A stretch of 64,000 bases of DNA from Spirochaetia bacterium (lineage in GTDB: Bacteria > Spirochaetota > Spirochaetia > SZUA-6 > Bin103), in NCBI GenBank assembly GCA_965199955.1, contig CBDATQ010000003.1:1-64000 (forward strand), written 5' to 3'. Below, in pieces: positions 31,116-42,111 of the stretch; within the stretch, counting starts at the first letter, position 1, and each line of letters opens with the position of its first letter. The notes under the pieces were generated by a model. That model saw only the letters and a program-made list of their open reading frames with translations. It was not told the DNA's origin and ran no database searches. The position numbers were made by a program, and so were the translations under genes.

Positions 31116-32492
31116 ATGCAAGCGCAGCAACCGGTGCTTCGGCAGGAACAACGCCTGCGGATGACGCCGCAGCTCTATCAGGCGATCAAAATCATGGCGC
31201 TGCCGCTTGCCGACCTGCAGCTCACCATCGACCAGGAGCTGGAACGCAATCCGGCGCTGGAGGTCGTGTCCGACGATCCGACCGATTCGCTCGACGAAAT
31301 CGAGGATCGCCCGGAAGAGGAGTTGTTCGGCGACTCCTCCGATCCCGGATTTCAGGGCCTGCGCAACGACGGCGACCCGGACGCGAAGCAGCGTTTCCTG
31401 GAGGGCGCGCTGCAGCGGCCCGAGACGCTGCAGGAGCACCTGCTGTGGCAGTTGCGCCTGCAGCCGGCCGACGCCGAGGTCCTGGGCGCGGCCGAGCTGC
31501 TGATCCGCCACCTGGACGACAACGGGTTCCTCCTGGAACCTCCCGAGGGGGCGGCACCGGATGCCCGGCCCCGGACGCTCGCCCGCGCCCAGGCGCTGGT
31601 CCAGGGGCTGGATCCGGTCGGCACGTGCGTCGCCGACTACCGGGAATCGCTCAGCGTCCAGGTACGGCATCACGATGCACCGGCGCCGCACGCCGCGACC
31701 GTGATCGAGGGCCATCTGGACGCACTGGAGCGCGGCCGGCTCGACGAAATCGCGCATGCGCTGGACATCCCGGTTGCCGCGATACGCGAGGTGCTCGCGT
31801 TCGTGCGCACGCTCGATCCGTTGCCCGGCCGCAATTATCAGTCCGAGCCCACTCGCTACGTGGTGCCGGACGTGATCGTGCGCATGCACGACGGCGAGCT
31901 GGCGATCATCCTCAACGACGAGGTGATCCCCGTCCTGGGCGTCGACAGCTTCTTCGAGCAGATCGGCGGCAACGGCCACGGCGGCACCGCCGCCGGCAGG
32001 AAAGCGCGCCGATTCGCCAAGGCGAACCTGCAGGAGGCCCGCTCCTTCATCCGCAACGTCACCGCGCGAAACCGTTCGCTGGTGCGGGTGACACAGGCGG
32101 TCGTCGGCCACCAGCGCGAGTTCTTCCGCAGCGGGCCGAAGCAGCTCCGCCCGCTGACGCTGCGCGACGTGGCCGCGGAGGTCGATCTGCACGAAGCGAC
32201 GGTTTCGCGCATCGTCAACGGCAAGTTCGTGCAGACCGAGTGGGGGATCTACGAGCTCCGCCACTTCTTCACCAACTCCATCTCCGGCGCCGGATCGAGC
32301 GGGTCGCGATACTCGAAGGCCGGCGTCAAGGAGATGGTGCGCGAGATCATCGAAGCCGAGCGGCCCGACGGCAAGCGGTTGTCCGACAGCCGCATCGCCG
32401 CCATCCTTGCCGAGCGCGGCGTCAGGATCGCCCGGCGTACGGTCGCCAAGTACCGTGGCGAGCTGGACATCGAAAGTTCCCTGGAGCGCTGA
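31116..32492 (+). CDS. rpoN: RNA polymerase sigma-54
   Basis: Q/L-rich region I, HEATVSR and the RpoN box ARRTVAKYR. Confidence 0.97.
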   Translation: MQAQQPVLRQEQRLRMTPQLYQAIKIMALPLADLQLTIDQELERNPALEVVSDDPTDSLDEIEDRPEEELFGDSSDPGFQGLRNDGDPDAKQRFLEGALQRPETLQEHLLWQLRLQPADAEVLGAAELLIRHLDDNGFLLEPPEGAAPDARPRTLARAQALVQGLDPVGTCVADYRESLSVQVRHHDAPAPHAATVIEGHLDALERGRLDEIAHALDIPVAAIREVLAFVRTLDPLPGRNYQSEPTRYVVPDVIVRMHDGELAIILNDEVIPVLGVDSFFEQIGGNGHGGTAAGRKARRFAKANLQEARSFIRNVTARNRSLVRVTQAVVGHQREFFRSGPKQLRPLTLRDVAAEVDLHEATVSRIVNGKFVQTEWGIYELRHFFTNSISGAGSSGSRYSKAGVKEMVREIIEAERPDGKRLSDSRIAAILAERGVRIARRTVAKYRGELDIESSLER

Positions 32493-32499
32493 ACCCCAT

Positions 32500-33465
32500 A
32501 TGGCATTCACCGTCCTCGACCTGCTGCGGCTGGACCTGCGGGAGAACGAAGCGCTGCATCTGTCGTGCATCGGCGGACGCGCAGGGATCACGCGCGAGAT
32601 CAACGCGCCGGAGCTCAACCGGCCCGGACTGGCCCTGGCCGGGTTCTACGAACGGTTCGCGTTTCAGCGCATCCAGGTGTTCGGCCGTGGCGAACGCGCC
32701 TACCTGGAGAAACTCTCCGCCGAAGGCAAAACCGACACGCTCAAGCGCCTGTTCGACCACGCGGTTCCGTGCTGCGTGTTCACCGACAGTCAGCAGCCGA
32801 CCGAGGACTTCCGCGAGCTGTGCGAAGCCGCGGGCTGCCCGATCCTGCAGACCACGCTCTCATCCTCCTCCTTCACGGCGCGGGTGGTGAGCGCGCTGAA
32901 CTCCATCTTCGCCCCCTCCGATCGCGTGCACGGCGTGCTGCTTGAGGTGTTCGGACTGGGTGTGCTTCTGCAGGGGCCCTCGGGCGTCGGCAAGAGCGAG
33001 GCGGCGCTGGCACTGATCGAACGCGGCCACCGTTTCGTGGCCGACGACGTGGTGGAGATCCGGCGCGTCGGCAACACCCTGATCGGCAACGGCGTGGAGG
33101 TCACCAGCCACCACCTGGAGATCCGCGGCATCGGCATCCTCAACATCGCCCACCTGTTCGGCGTCGGCGCCATCCGGGAGTCCAAGCACATCCAGTTGGC
33201 CGTGCAGCTTGAGGAGTGGGACAACTCGCGCGAATATGATCGAATCGGCGACCAGGACATACAGGTGGAGCTCATCGGCACCCACGTCCGCCAGATCGTG
33301 ATCCCGGTGCGGCCGGGACGGCCCGTGCCGATCCTGATCGAGACCGCGGCAATGAACGAACGGCTCAAGCACATGGGGTACCACTCGGCCCAGGAATTCA
33401 ACCGCAGCGTCATGGCATGGATGTCGGCGCGCAACCCGCAGACCGCCGCGGTCGAAGAGTGGTAG
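32500..33465 (+). CDS. hprK: HPr kinase/phosphorylase
   Basis: RPGLALAG, G.SGVGKSE, ADD, LEIRGIGI and PVRPGR. Confidence 0.95.
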   Translation: MAFTVLDLLRLDLRENEALHLSCIGGRAGITREINAPELNRPGLALAGFYERFAFQRIQVFGRGERAYLEKLSAEGKTDTLKRLFDHAVPCCVFTDSQQPTEDFRELCEAAGCPILQTTLSSSSFTARVVSALNSIFAPSDRVHGVLLEVFGLGVLLQGPSGVGKSEAALALIERGHRFVADDVVEIRRVGNTLIGNGVEVTSHHLEIRGIGILNIAHLFGVGAIRESKHIQLAVQLEEWDNSREYDRIGDQDIQVELIGTHVRQIVIPVRPGRPVPILIETAAMNERLKHMGYHSAQEFNRSVMAWMSARNPQTAAVEEW

Positions 33466-33475
33466 GTGAGACCGA

Positions 33476-33754
33476 ATGGTGGAGCGTGAGGTGATGATCG
33501 CGAATCGGGCCGGCGTCCACGCGCGGCCCGCGGCGCTGCTGGTACGGACCGCCAACCGGTTTCAGGCCGACATCTACCTCGAGAAGGACGGCGAACGGGT
33601 CAACGGCAAGTCGATCATGGGGATCATCGCCCTCGGCGCCGCCTATCGGACGACGCTGCGCGTGATCGCCACCGGCGCTGACGAAGCGGAGGCCGTGGAG
33701 GCGCTGGTCCGCCTGGTGGACAGCAAGTTCCAGGCGACGGACGACCTGCCGTGA
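33476..33754 (+). CDS. ptsH: Phosphocarrier HPr
   Basis: GVHARPA and NGKSIMG. Confidence 0.95.
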   Translation: MVEREVMIANRAGVHARPAALLVRTANRFQADIYLEKDGERVNGKSIMGIIALGAAYRTTLRVIATGADEAEAVEALVRLVDSKFQATDDLP

Positions 33755-34353
33755 GAGACCTCACGCAGCGCCAGCGGCAGACCCTGCAGTTCATCGAGCA
33801 CTACCTCGACCTGCACGGCTTCGCGCCGACGGTGCGCGAGGTGGCGTCCCACCTGGGAGTCACCACCAAGGGTGCCCACGACCACCTGCGGGCGCTGCAG
33901 CGCAAGGGCTGGATCACGCGCGGCAGCCGGCGGTCGCGGGCGATCGCCGTGACCGGGAGCGGCTCGGAGGCGCCGGAGGTCGTCGACATACCGGTGCTGG
34001 GCACGGTGATGGCGGGACAGCCCCTGCTCGCCGAGGAAAACCTGGACGGCACCTACCAGTTGCCGCGGTCCAGCATCGGCGCCGGGGACCACTTCGCGCT
34101 GCACGTGCGCGGCGACAGCATGAAGGACGCATGCATCCATGACGGCGACCTGGCCGTGATCCGCCAGCAGCCCACCGCCACGGATGGGGACATCGTGGTT
34201 GCCGTGATCGACGACGCAGTGACGCTGAAGCGCTTCTTCAAGGAGAGCCACCGGGTCCGGCTGCAGGCGGAGAATCCCGCCTACCCACCCCTCTACGCCA
34301 CCGACCTCAGGATCCTGGGCAAGCTCGCGTGCCTGGTACGCGACTACCGCTGA
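33751..34353 (+). CDS. lexA: LexA repressor
   Basis: PTVRE, HL.AL..KG, AG cleavage site, VRGDSM and TLKR. Confidence 0.95.
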   Translation: MRDLTQRQRQTLQFIEHYLDLHGFAPTVREVASHLGVTTKGAHDHLRALQRKGWITRGSRRSRAIAVTGSGSEAPEVVDIPVLGTVMAGQPLLAEENLDGTYQLPRSSIGAGDHFALHVRGDSMKDACIHDGDLAVIRQQPTATDGDIVVAVIDDAVTLKRFFKESHRVRLQAENPAYPPLYATDLRILGKLACLVRDYR

Positions 34354-34390
34354 GACCGCTGAGATACCGCGCCGTTCCGGCGCCGCTGTG

Positions 34391-35398
34391 ATGGCTGAAG
34401 CCCCCATCCATCTGTTCTGCGGGCCCGACACGGGTGAGAAGCGCCGCGCGGTCGAACGGCTGCGCGCGCAGCTTCAGCGCGGCTCGGGCGGTGTCACGCT
34501 CGCTATCGAACGCCACTATCCGTTCGACACCGTCATCGTCGACGTCATCGCATCGCTGCGCACACCCAGCCTGTTCGCACCGCGGCGGCTGGTGGTGCTC
34601 AATCAGGCGGAGGCTCTGAAGGCATCCGACGCCGCGGCGCTGGCCGACTACTGCCGGGAACCTGCCGACGGGACCACGCTCGTGATCGAGACCGAGGAGC
34701 TGCGCGTCGCCAAGCGCCTGCAGGACGCGGTGCCGGCGTCCTGCCGCCGGGTGTTCTGGGAGCGCTTTCCCGATCAGCGGCGCCGCAGCATCAGCGCATT
34801 CTTCCGCGAACGCGGAATCGCCATCGACGACCAGGCGGTGGAGACGCTCAACGAGGTCGTCGGCTCCTCATCGGCGGCGCTGGAGAGCGAGTGCGCGGCG
34901 CTGGCCGCCATGCATCGGGCGACGTCCGGCGAAGCGGACATGCTGACCGCCGAGGACATCGACCGATGGGTGCACCACAGCAGGGCCGAGACGGTGTTCA
35001 CCCTGTTCGACCACTTGGGAAGCCGCGACCTGGCAGCCGGTGCGCGCACCCTGCAGGCGATCATGCTGACCCGGCAGGCGACCCCGTCGCAGCTCCTTGG
35101 CGGCCTGGCCTCACAGTTTCGAAAGACGGCCGATCTGCAGCAACTGCTGCCGCGCATGGACCGCCGGGAGGCGTGGCGGGTGCTCAAGGTGTCCGGCAAG
35201 CGGGCTCAGGCCAGCCTGGCCCGCGCGGCCGAGCGCTACCAGGCCGCGGAGCTGCAGGCGATCCTTCGGGTACTGGCCGAGTTCGACCTGCGCATCCGCG
35301 CCGCCGCCGGGCACATGCAGCTCAGCCTGCTGCGGCTTCTGCTCTACTACGTCGTCGTTCGAGGTGGGCAGGGCGCATGGCGGTGGTTTCCTCACTGA
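34391..35398 (+). CDS. holA: DNA polymerase III delta subunit
   Basis: LFCGPDTGEK, SLF..RRLVV and HSRAETVFTLF. Confidence 0.85.
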   Translation: MAEAPIHLFCGPDTGEKRRAVERLRAQLQRGSGGVTLAIERHYPFDTVIVDVIASLRTPSLFAPRRLVVLNQAEALKASDAAALADYCREPADGTTLVIETEELRVAKRLQDAVPASCRRVFWERFPDQRRRSISAFFRERGIAIDDQAVETLNEVVGSSSAALESECAALAAMHRATSGEADMLTAEDIDRWVHHSRAETVFTLFDHLGSRDLAAGARTLQAIMLTRQATPSQLLGGLASQFRKTADLQQLLPRMDRREAWRVLKVSGKRAQASLARAAERYQAAELQAILRVLAEFDLRIRAAAGHMQLSLLRLLLYYVVVRGGQGAWRWFPH

Positions 35399-35469
35399 CG
35401 CCCGCGCACGGGTCTTCGCTCGAGGTGAGCCAGGAGTGCCGTGGCTGTTTCCTCACTGACGCCCGCGCA
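35351..35469. repeat. Imperfect ~60-bp tandem duplication at the holA/uvrC junction
   Basis: Exact 23-mer GTTTCCTCACTGACGCCCGCGCA at 35386-35408 and 35447-35469, with similar upstream flanks. Confidence 0.85.
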
Positions 35470-37251
35470 ACGGCTGATCTGGCCCGGCGTGGCGCGCGCC
35501 ACACCCGCAACGGAAGCGAACCGCTGCAACAGGCGCTTCGAACGCGCCGGCCCGATGCCCTGCACCTCCTCGAGCGCCGAGCGCGCCACCCGTCTGGTGC
35601 GCAGCCGCTTGTGGTAGGTGGTCGCGAAGCGGTGCGACTCGTCCCGCACGGCCTGCAGGAGGCGCAGCGCCGCGCTCCCATCGGGTAGCGCCAGCGGCGT
35701 GCCGTTGCCGGGCAGGTAGATCTGCTCCTGGCGCTTGGCCAGGCCGGCCAGCGGCAGATCGGTCAGCCCCAGTCCGTCGAGAATCCCCTTTGCGGCGCTC
35801 ACCTGGCCGGCGCCACCGTCCACCAGCACCAGATCGGGGCGAGGCAGGCGATCGTTGAGCACGCGCGCATAGCGGCGCGCGACCACCTCACGCATCGCTT
35901 CGAAGTCGTCGACCCGGCCGCCCAGCGACCTGATCCGGAAGTGGCGGTACTCGCCCTTCGCCGGCTGCCCGGCCTCGAACACCACCAGCGACGCCACGGT
36001 GTCGCGCCCGCCGAGATGCGAGATGTCGAAACCTTCGATCCTCCGCGGCGCGGCCGGAAGGTCCAGCGCCTGGCCAAGCTCCTCGACACCTCGCTCGCGG
36101 TCGACGCCGGGGTTGGCGCGTTCGGCGTCCTGGCGGGCGTTGGCATCCGCCAACCGCAGGACCTGCGCGTGCTTGCCGCGCCGCGGAACGTGCACGCGCG
36201 GCGCGGCCCGCCGGCGGCCCGAATCCGACGGCAGCAGGGTGCGCAGCGCCGCCGTGAGCGCCTCGGGCTCCTCCACGGGGCGGATGAATATCGTCAGGCC
36301 GGCCAGTGCCGTCCTCATGCCGCCGTAGTAGCCCAGCACGAACCTGGCTCGCGCCGCCGCCTCGTCGGACCGCGGACCACGGTCCTGAACATGGAAACGC
36401 TCGCGTCCCACCAGGTTGCCGCCACGGAACTGCAGCACCAGAAACCGGTGCCAGTCGCCGCCGGCAAAGTGGCCGATGTAGTCGCGCGCATCCGCGTCCA
36501 CGCCGGCGACGTGCTGCTGTTCGGTCACGTCGCGAATGGCCTGGAGCTGGTCGCGGATCGCCGCCGCACGCTCGAACCGCTGCTCGGCCGCCGCCTGGCT
36601 CATCCGGCGGGTCAGATCGCGGGTCAGGTCGTCCGCGCGGCCGGAGACCAGCGTGCGAACCGCACGCACGCGCTCGGCGTACTCTCCGGCGTCGATGGCG
36701 CCGACGCAGGGGGCTGCACAGCGGTTGATGTAGTGGTTGAGACAGGGAGCGGGACGGCGCCGGAACACCTCGCCGCGCTTGCGCAGCGGGAACAGCCGAT
36801 CGATCAGGTCCAGGTAGACGTCGATCTGGTTGGCCTTCGCGAACGGCCCGAAGTACTCGGAGCCGTCGAACACGATGGTGCGCGTGCGGTAGACCCGCGG
36901 AAACTCCTCCGCGGTGAGCCGGATCACGGGATAGGACTTGCCGTCCTTGAGATTGATGTTGTAGCGCGGCGCGAACCGCTTGATGAGGGAGTTCTCCAGC
37001 AGGAAGGCCTCCGACTCACTGCCGGTCAGAACCGTCTCGATCGAGGCGGTCCGCGCCGCCAGCATCAGCGTCCGCGAGTCGCGCGGCCCCCGGTTGAAGT
37101 AGCTGGACACGCGCGCGCGCAGCTTCTTGGCCTTGCCCACGTAGAGGACCGAGCCCGACGGGTCCTTGAAGAGGTACACGCCCGGCGCCTGCGGCAGGCT
37201 CGCGGCCGTCGCGCGAAGGTCCGCGGGAGCGCGAAGATCTTCATCGGACAT
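35392..37251 (-). CDS. uvrC: Excinuclease ABC subunit C
   Basis: PGVY..YVGKAK, RIEGFDISH, DGG.GQ, RDESHRFA and HhH. Confidence 0.97.
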   Translation of the reverse strand: MSDEDLRAPADLRATAASLPQAPGVYLFKDPSGSVLYVGKAKKLRARVSSYFNRGPRDSRTLMLAARTASIETVLTGSESEAFLLENSLIKRFAPRYNINLKDGKSYPVIRLTAEEFPRVYRTRTIVFDGSEYFGPFAKANQIDVYLDLIDRLFPLRKRGEVFRRRPAPCLNHYINRCAAPCVGAIDAGEYAERVRAVRTLVSGRADDLTRDLTRRMSQAAAEQRFERAAAIRDQLQAIRDVTEQQHVAGVDADARDYIGHFAGGDWHRFLVLQFRGGNLVGRERFHVQDRGPRSDEAAARARFVLGYYGGMRTALAGLTIFIRPVEEPEALTAALRTLLPSDSGRRRAAPRVHVPRRGKHAQVLRLADANARQDAERANPGVDRERGVEELGQALDLPAAPRRIEGFDISHLGGRDTVASLVVFEAGQPAKGEYRHFRIRSLGGRVDDFEAMREVVARRYARVLNDRLPRPDLVLVDGGAGQVSAAKGILDGLGLTDLPLAGLAKRQEQIYLPGNGTPLALPDGSAALRLLQAVRDESHRFATTYHKRLRTRRVARSALEEVQGIGPARSKRLLQRFASVAGVARATPGQISRCAGVSEETATALLAHLERRPVRGRQ

Positions 37252-37365
37252 CGTGCACGAGCTCCATATCTTTCCGCAGATTGTGCTTTTCTCAGGGTAC
37301 CGTCGTGCCGATGGTCAAGTGTAGACCTATCGTCGCAGCCGGCCGGGACCGGCCGCGCAGGCGGT

Positions 37366-37394
37366 TTGTCGAAGGAGTTGCATCTTGATAGGTT
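37366..37394 (+). promoter_or_regulatory. Putative sigma-70 promoter for tRNA-Ala
   Basis: TTGTCG, 17 bp, TAGGTT with extended TGn. Confidence 0.55.
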
Positions 37395-37409
37395 GTGTCG
37401 TCACTCGGC

Positions 37410-37482
37410 GGGGGATTAGCTCAGGTGGTAGAGCGATAGGTTCGCAATCTATAGGTCAGGGGTTCGAGTCCCCTATCCTCCA
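37410..37482 (+). tRNA. tRNA-Ala(CGC)
   Basis: Full cloverleaf, anticodon loop TTCGCAA, G3:U70 pair, discriminator A; CCA not encoded. Confidence 0.96.
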
Positions 37483-37537
37483 CTCCGCCACGTCCGCGGC
37501 ACGCCCGCGCGCCCGGCACGCGGCGCGGGCGGCGGCG

Positions 37538-38827
37538 GTGCTGCTGGCCGCGGTGGTCACGCTCAATTGCGCCACCAATCCCGAAGTTCCCGGACTCGAC
37601 CTGAGGCCGGTCGTACCCCAGGAGATAGGCGCCCCGCAGAGCGCTACCCGATCGGGCTCGGAAACCACCGTCACGGAGCCTGCACAGCCGGCGACAACCG
37701 ACGCGGCGGACGAACCGGCGACATCCACCTCCGCCTCAGAGCCCGCTCAGCCCACGGCGCCGGCCGCGACCGCGACCGCGTCCGAGCCCGACGATCCGAT
37801 CGAGGCCCGCATCGACGAGCTGCTGGCCGCCATGACCATCGAGCAGAAAGTCGGGCAGCGCTTCATGACCTGGATTCCGGGCACGGCCGGCTCGGAGCGG
37901 GTGACCGACCTGATCGATCAGGCTCACGTCGGCGGCGTCATCATCACCGAGCACAACGTGGAGAGCCACGAACAGGTGCGGGAGCTGATCGACGGGTTGC
38001 AGCGCATGGCGCAGGACGGTCCGTCGCCGGTGCCCCTGTTCATCGCCACCGACCAGGAGGGCGGCCGGGTGACGCGCCTGCGCCTGCCGGAGCTCACCCT
38101 CTTCCCGGCGGCGTTCCACCAGGGAAAGCACGGCGACAGCGACTACGTGGAAGCGGCCGCCTACGTGACCGGCGTGGAGCTGCGCCGCCTGGGCGTGAAC
38201 ATGAACCTGGCGCCGCTGCTCGACCTGTACGACCGGAACGACGGCACGGTGATAGACGGCCGTGCCTATGGCTCCGACTCCCGGCTGATCACCGACTACG
38301 CGCGCGCCTACGTCCGTGGCGCCAACCGCGCCGGGATCATCTCGGTGGCCAAGCACTTCCCCGGCCACGGCGTGACCTCGTACGACTCGCATGACCGCCT
38401 GCCGGTGGTGCGGCTCACGCGGTCGGAGCGCGCGGCGATCCTGGCACCCTTCATCGCCGCGATCGACACCGGCATCGACTCTGTCATGGCCGCGCACATC
38501 CTGTACGAGGACCTGGACCCGAACCTGCCGGCCAGCGTGTCGCCGGCGATCGTCACCGGCCTGCTGCGCGAGCAGCTCGGCTTCGACGGCGTGGTGATCA
38601 CCGACGCGATCGAGATCCGGGACCCGGCCCCGGCGCTGATGGAGCCCTACCTCGTACGCAACAGCTTCGATGCCGGAGTCGACGTCATCCTGGCCGCCCG
38701 GTCCAGTGACGTGCTGCCGCTCATCGAGGAAGGGGTTCGCCTGGTCCGCGCCGGGATGGAGAGCGAGGAGCGCCTGGACGAGTCCGTGCGCCGCATCCTG
38801 CGGGTCAAGCTGCAGGCGAGACGATGA
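37538..38827 (+). CDS. nagZ: GH3 beta-N-acetylhexosaminidase (NagZ-like), probable lipoprotein; start uncertain
   Basis: DQEGGRV.R, KHFPGHG....DSH and GFDGVVITD; TLNC followed by a P/T/A-rich linker. Confidence 0.8.
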   Translation: MLLAAVVTLNCATNPEVPGLDLRPVVPQEIGAPQSATRSGSETTVTEPAQPATTDAADEPATSTSASEPAQPTAPAATATASEPDDPIEARIDELLAAMTIEQKVGQRFMTWIPGTAGSERVTDLIDQAHVGGVIITEHNVESHEQVRELIDGLQRMAQDGPSPVPLFIATDQEGGRVTRLRLPELTLFPAAFHQGKHGDSDYVEAAAYVTGVELRRLGVNMNLAPLLDLYDRNDGTVIDGRAYGSDSRLITDYARAYVRGANRAGIISVAKHFPGHGVTSYDSHDRLPVVRLTRSERAAILAPFIAAIDTGIDSVMAAHILYEDLDPNLPASVSPAIVTGLLREQLGFDGVVITDAIEIRDPAPALMEPYLVRNSFDAGVDVILAARSSDVLPLIEEGVRLVRAGMESEERLDESVRRILRVKLQARR

Positions 38828-38834
38828 TGGAGCG

Positions 38835-39365
38835 ATGATCGTATCCGATGCCACCATGCGGGAACTGCTCGACGCGGGCACGGTGGAGATCGCCCCGCTC
38901 GAGGAGTACCAGCTCCAGCCGGCATCGGTCGATCTGCGGCTCGGCGACCACTTCCTGAAGGTTGACGAGAACACCGCCGAAAGCATTTCGCTGACCGACC
39001 CGGTCCGCTACACGGAGTTGCGGGCCGAGCAGCTCGTCATCCCGCCGCAGTCGTTCCTGCTGGCGGTCACTCGCGAGCGTATCCGGTTGCCCGACGACAT
39101 GATCGCCTTCGTCGAGGGCCGCAGCTCGATCGGCCGGATCGGCCTGTTCATCCAGAACGCCGGCTGGGTGGACCCCGGCTTCGACGGCACGATCACGCTG
39201 GAGCTGTTCAACGCCAACCGCCTGCCGATCCGTCTCACCGCCGGCCGGCGCATCTGCCAGATCGTGTTCGCCCGCATGGACCGGCCGGCGGCCCGGCCGT
39301 ACGGGGGCAAGTACCAGAACCAGCGCGACGCCGTGGGCAGCCGCGTCTACCAGGATACCGCCTGA
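38835..39365 (+). CDS. dcd: dCTP deaminase
   Basis: QPASVDLRL, GRSSIGR.GL, AGWVDPGF.G.ITLE and Y.GKY. Confidence 0.95.
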   Translation: MIVSDATMRELLDAGTVEIAPLEEYQLQPASVDLRLGDHFLKVDENTAESISLTDPVRYTELRAEQLVIPPQSFLLAVTRERIRLPDDMIAFVEGRSSIGRIGLFIQNAGWVDPGFDGTITLELFNANRLPIRLTAGRRICQIVFARMDRPAARPYGGKYQNQRDAVGSRVYQDTA

Positions 39366-39397
39366 GGGACCGGCCGCCTGAAGGGCCGGCCGCCTGA

Positions 39398-39420
39398 GCG
39401 GAGACCCGTGCGGGTTCCGC
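39398..39420. terminator. Hairpin between convergent dcd and gltA
   Basis: GCGGA-G-ACCC-GTGC-GGGT-TCCGC; no U-tract. Confidence 0.4.
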
Positions 39421-39424
39421 GCCG

Positions 39425-40711
<1,287 letters not shown>

Positions 40712-40788
40712 GTCCTGTGAGCCTCCGAACCTGACGTCCGCCCATCCTATCACGGGCCGATACCGGCGAGGGTTGACCCGAGATGGGA

Positions 40789-42111
40789 CTAAGGCGGGAT
40801 CTGCAGGGTGAATGTGGTGCCGGAACCTACCTCGCTCATCACGCTGACGCGACCGCCGTGCGCCTGCACGATGTGCTTGACGATCGCCAAGCCCAGGCCC
40901 GACCCGGGGATGCTCGAATCGCGCTCGACCCGGTAGAAGCGCTCGAACACCCGATCCAGGTGCTCGCCGGCGATGCCGGGTCCATCGTCGGTCACGTCGA
41001 TGCGCACGCCTCCTTCGTGCCGGGCGCCGTCCCCGCTTCCTGCGCCGTCGTCGCTTCCTCCGCCGTCCTCGGAACGCGCGCTGATGCGCACGGATGCCCG
41101 TTCGCCGCCGTAGAGCAGCGCGTTGTCCAGCAGGTTCGCCAGCGCCCGCTCCAGCAGAGCGGCGTTGGCGCGCACCCGCATGCCGTCGACGCCGGCGATG
41201 CCGATGCGCGCGCGCCCCCCGAGTCGCGACCGGCAAGCGTCGACCGCCCGCGTGACGATAGGGGCGAGCGGCTGCGCGGTAGCATCGATGCCGTCGTGCT
41301 CGCCCTGTTCGATGCGGGACAGGCTCAGGAGATCCTCTACCAGCGCGTCCAGCCGCTCCGCCTGCGCACCGGCGATGCGCAGGAACCGCTTGCCGTTGGA
41401 GCCGCGGTACAGGCGGCGGTCGAGCATCGTCTCCACGAACCCCTTGATGGCCGTGATCGGCGTGCGCAGCTCGTGGGACACGTTGGCCACGAAGTCGTGG
41501 CGCAGCCGCTCCAACCGGCGAAGGCGCGTGGCGTCGGATGCGCAGATCAGCACCAGCAGGCCATCCTCGTCAGCCTGGACCCGGCTTACGCGGATGTGGA
41601 TCACCGCCTCCGGCACCAGATCGGTCATGTCGCGGGCGCCGTGCTCGGCGGTGCCGGCCAGAACCGGCGCCAGGAGCTCCCGCAGCGACTGCGCGGGCAT
41701 CGCCTCCGCGAGGGGCCGGCCGACGTGCTCGGGACGGACCCCCAGGAGCTCCCCGGCCGCCGTGTTGGCGACGCAGACGACGCCGCGCGGGTCCACCGCC
41801 ACCACCGCGTCGGGAAGCTGGGCAAGCAAGCGCTCGACCCGACGGACGCCGCGGGCCTCCGCGACCGTCGTGCCGGCATCCCGGTGCGCCCTGACGGCCG
41901 CGGCCCATGCGCGCCTCAGGCACCACGCCAGCACGCCCGCCGACGCCCCCAGCAGCGCGATCGCGAGCCGGCCGGCCCCCCGTGCCAGGAAATCCGCCGG
42001 CAACAGCACCGCGGCCGCGATGCCCGCGGCCGCCACCCCGGCGCCGGTCGCCGCCGCCGCGACCTGCCGGCCGCGATCACCGGGATCGTCCGGTCCCTCC
42101 GGTGCGCTCAT
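40789..42111 (-). CDS. PhoR-like PAS sensor histidine kinase
   Basis: FVANVSHELRTP, NLLDNA, FERFYRV and GSGLGLAIVKH. Confidence 0.88.
   Translation of the reverse strand: MSAPEGPDDPGDRGRQVAAAATGAGVAAAGIAAAVLLPADFLARGAGRLAIALLGASAGVLAWCLRRAWAAAVRAHRDAGTTVAEARGVRRVERLLAQLPDAVVAVDPRGVVCVANTAAGELLGVRPEHVGRPLAEAMPAQSLRELLAPVLAGTAEHGARDMTDLVPEAVIHIRVSRVQADEDGLLVLICASDATRLRRLERLRHDFVANVSHELRTPITAIKGFVETMLDRRLYRGSNGKRFLRIAGAQAERLDALVEDLLSLSRIEQGEHDGIDATAQPLAPIVTRAVDACRSRLGGRARIGIAGVDGMRVRANAALLERALANLLDNALLYGGERASVRISARSEDGGGSDDGAGSGDGARHEGGVRIDVTDDGPGIAGEHLDRVFERFYRVERDSSIPGSGLGLAIVKHIVQAHGGRVSVMSEVGSGTTFTLQIPP

Noticed and set aside
35386..35469. 23-bp direct repeat as a mini CRISPR array
   Set aside because: Only two copies, the intervening sequence resembles the upstream flank, both lie in coding sequence, and there are no cas genes
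37410..37482. tRNA-Ala as an integration site
   Set aside because: No duplicate of its 3' end noticed and no integrase in the window
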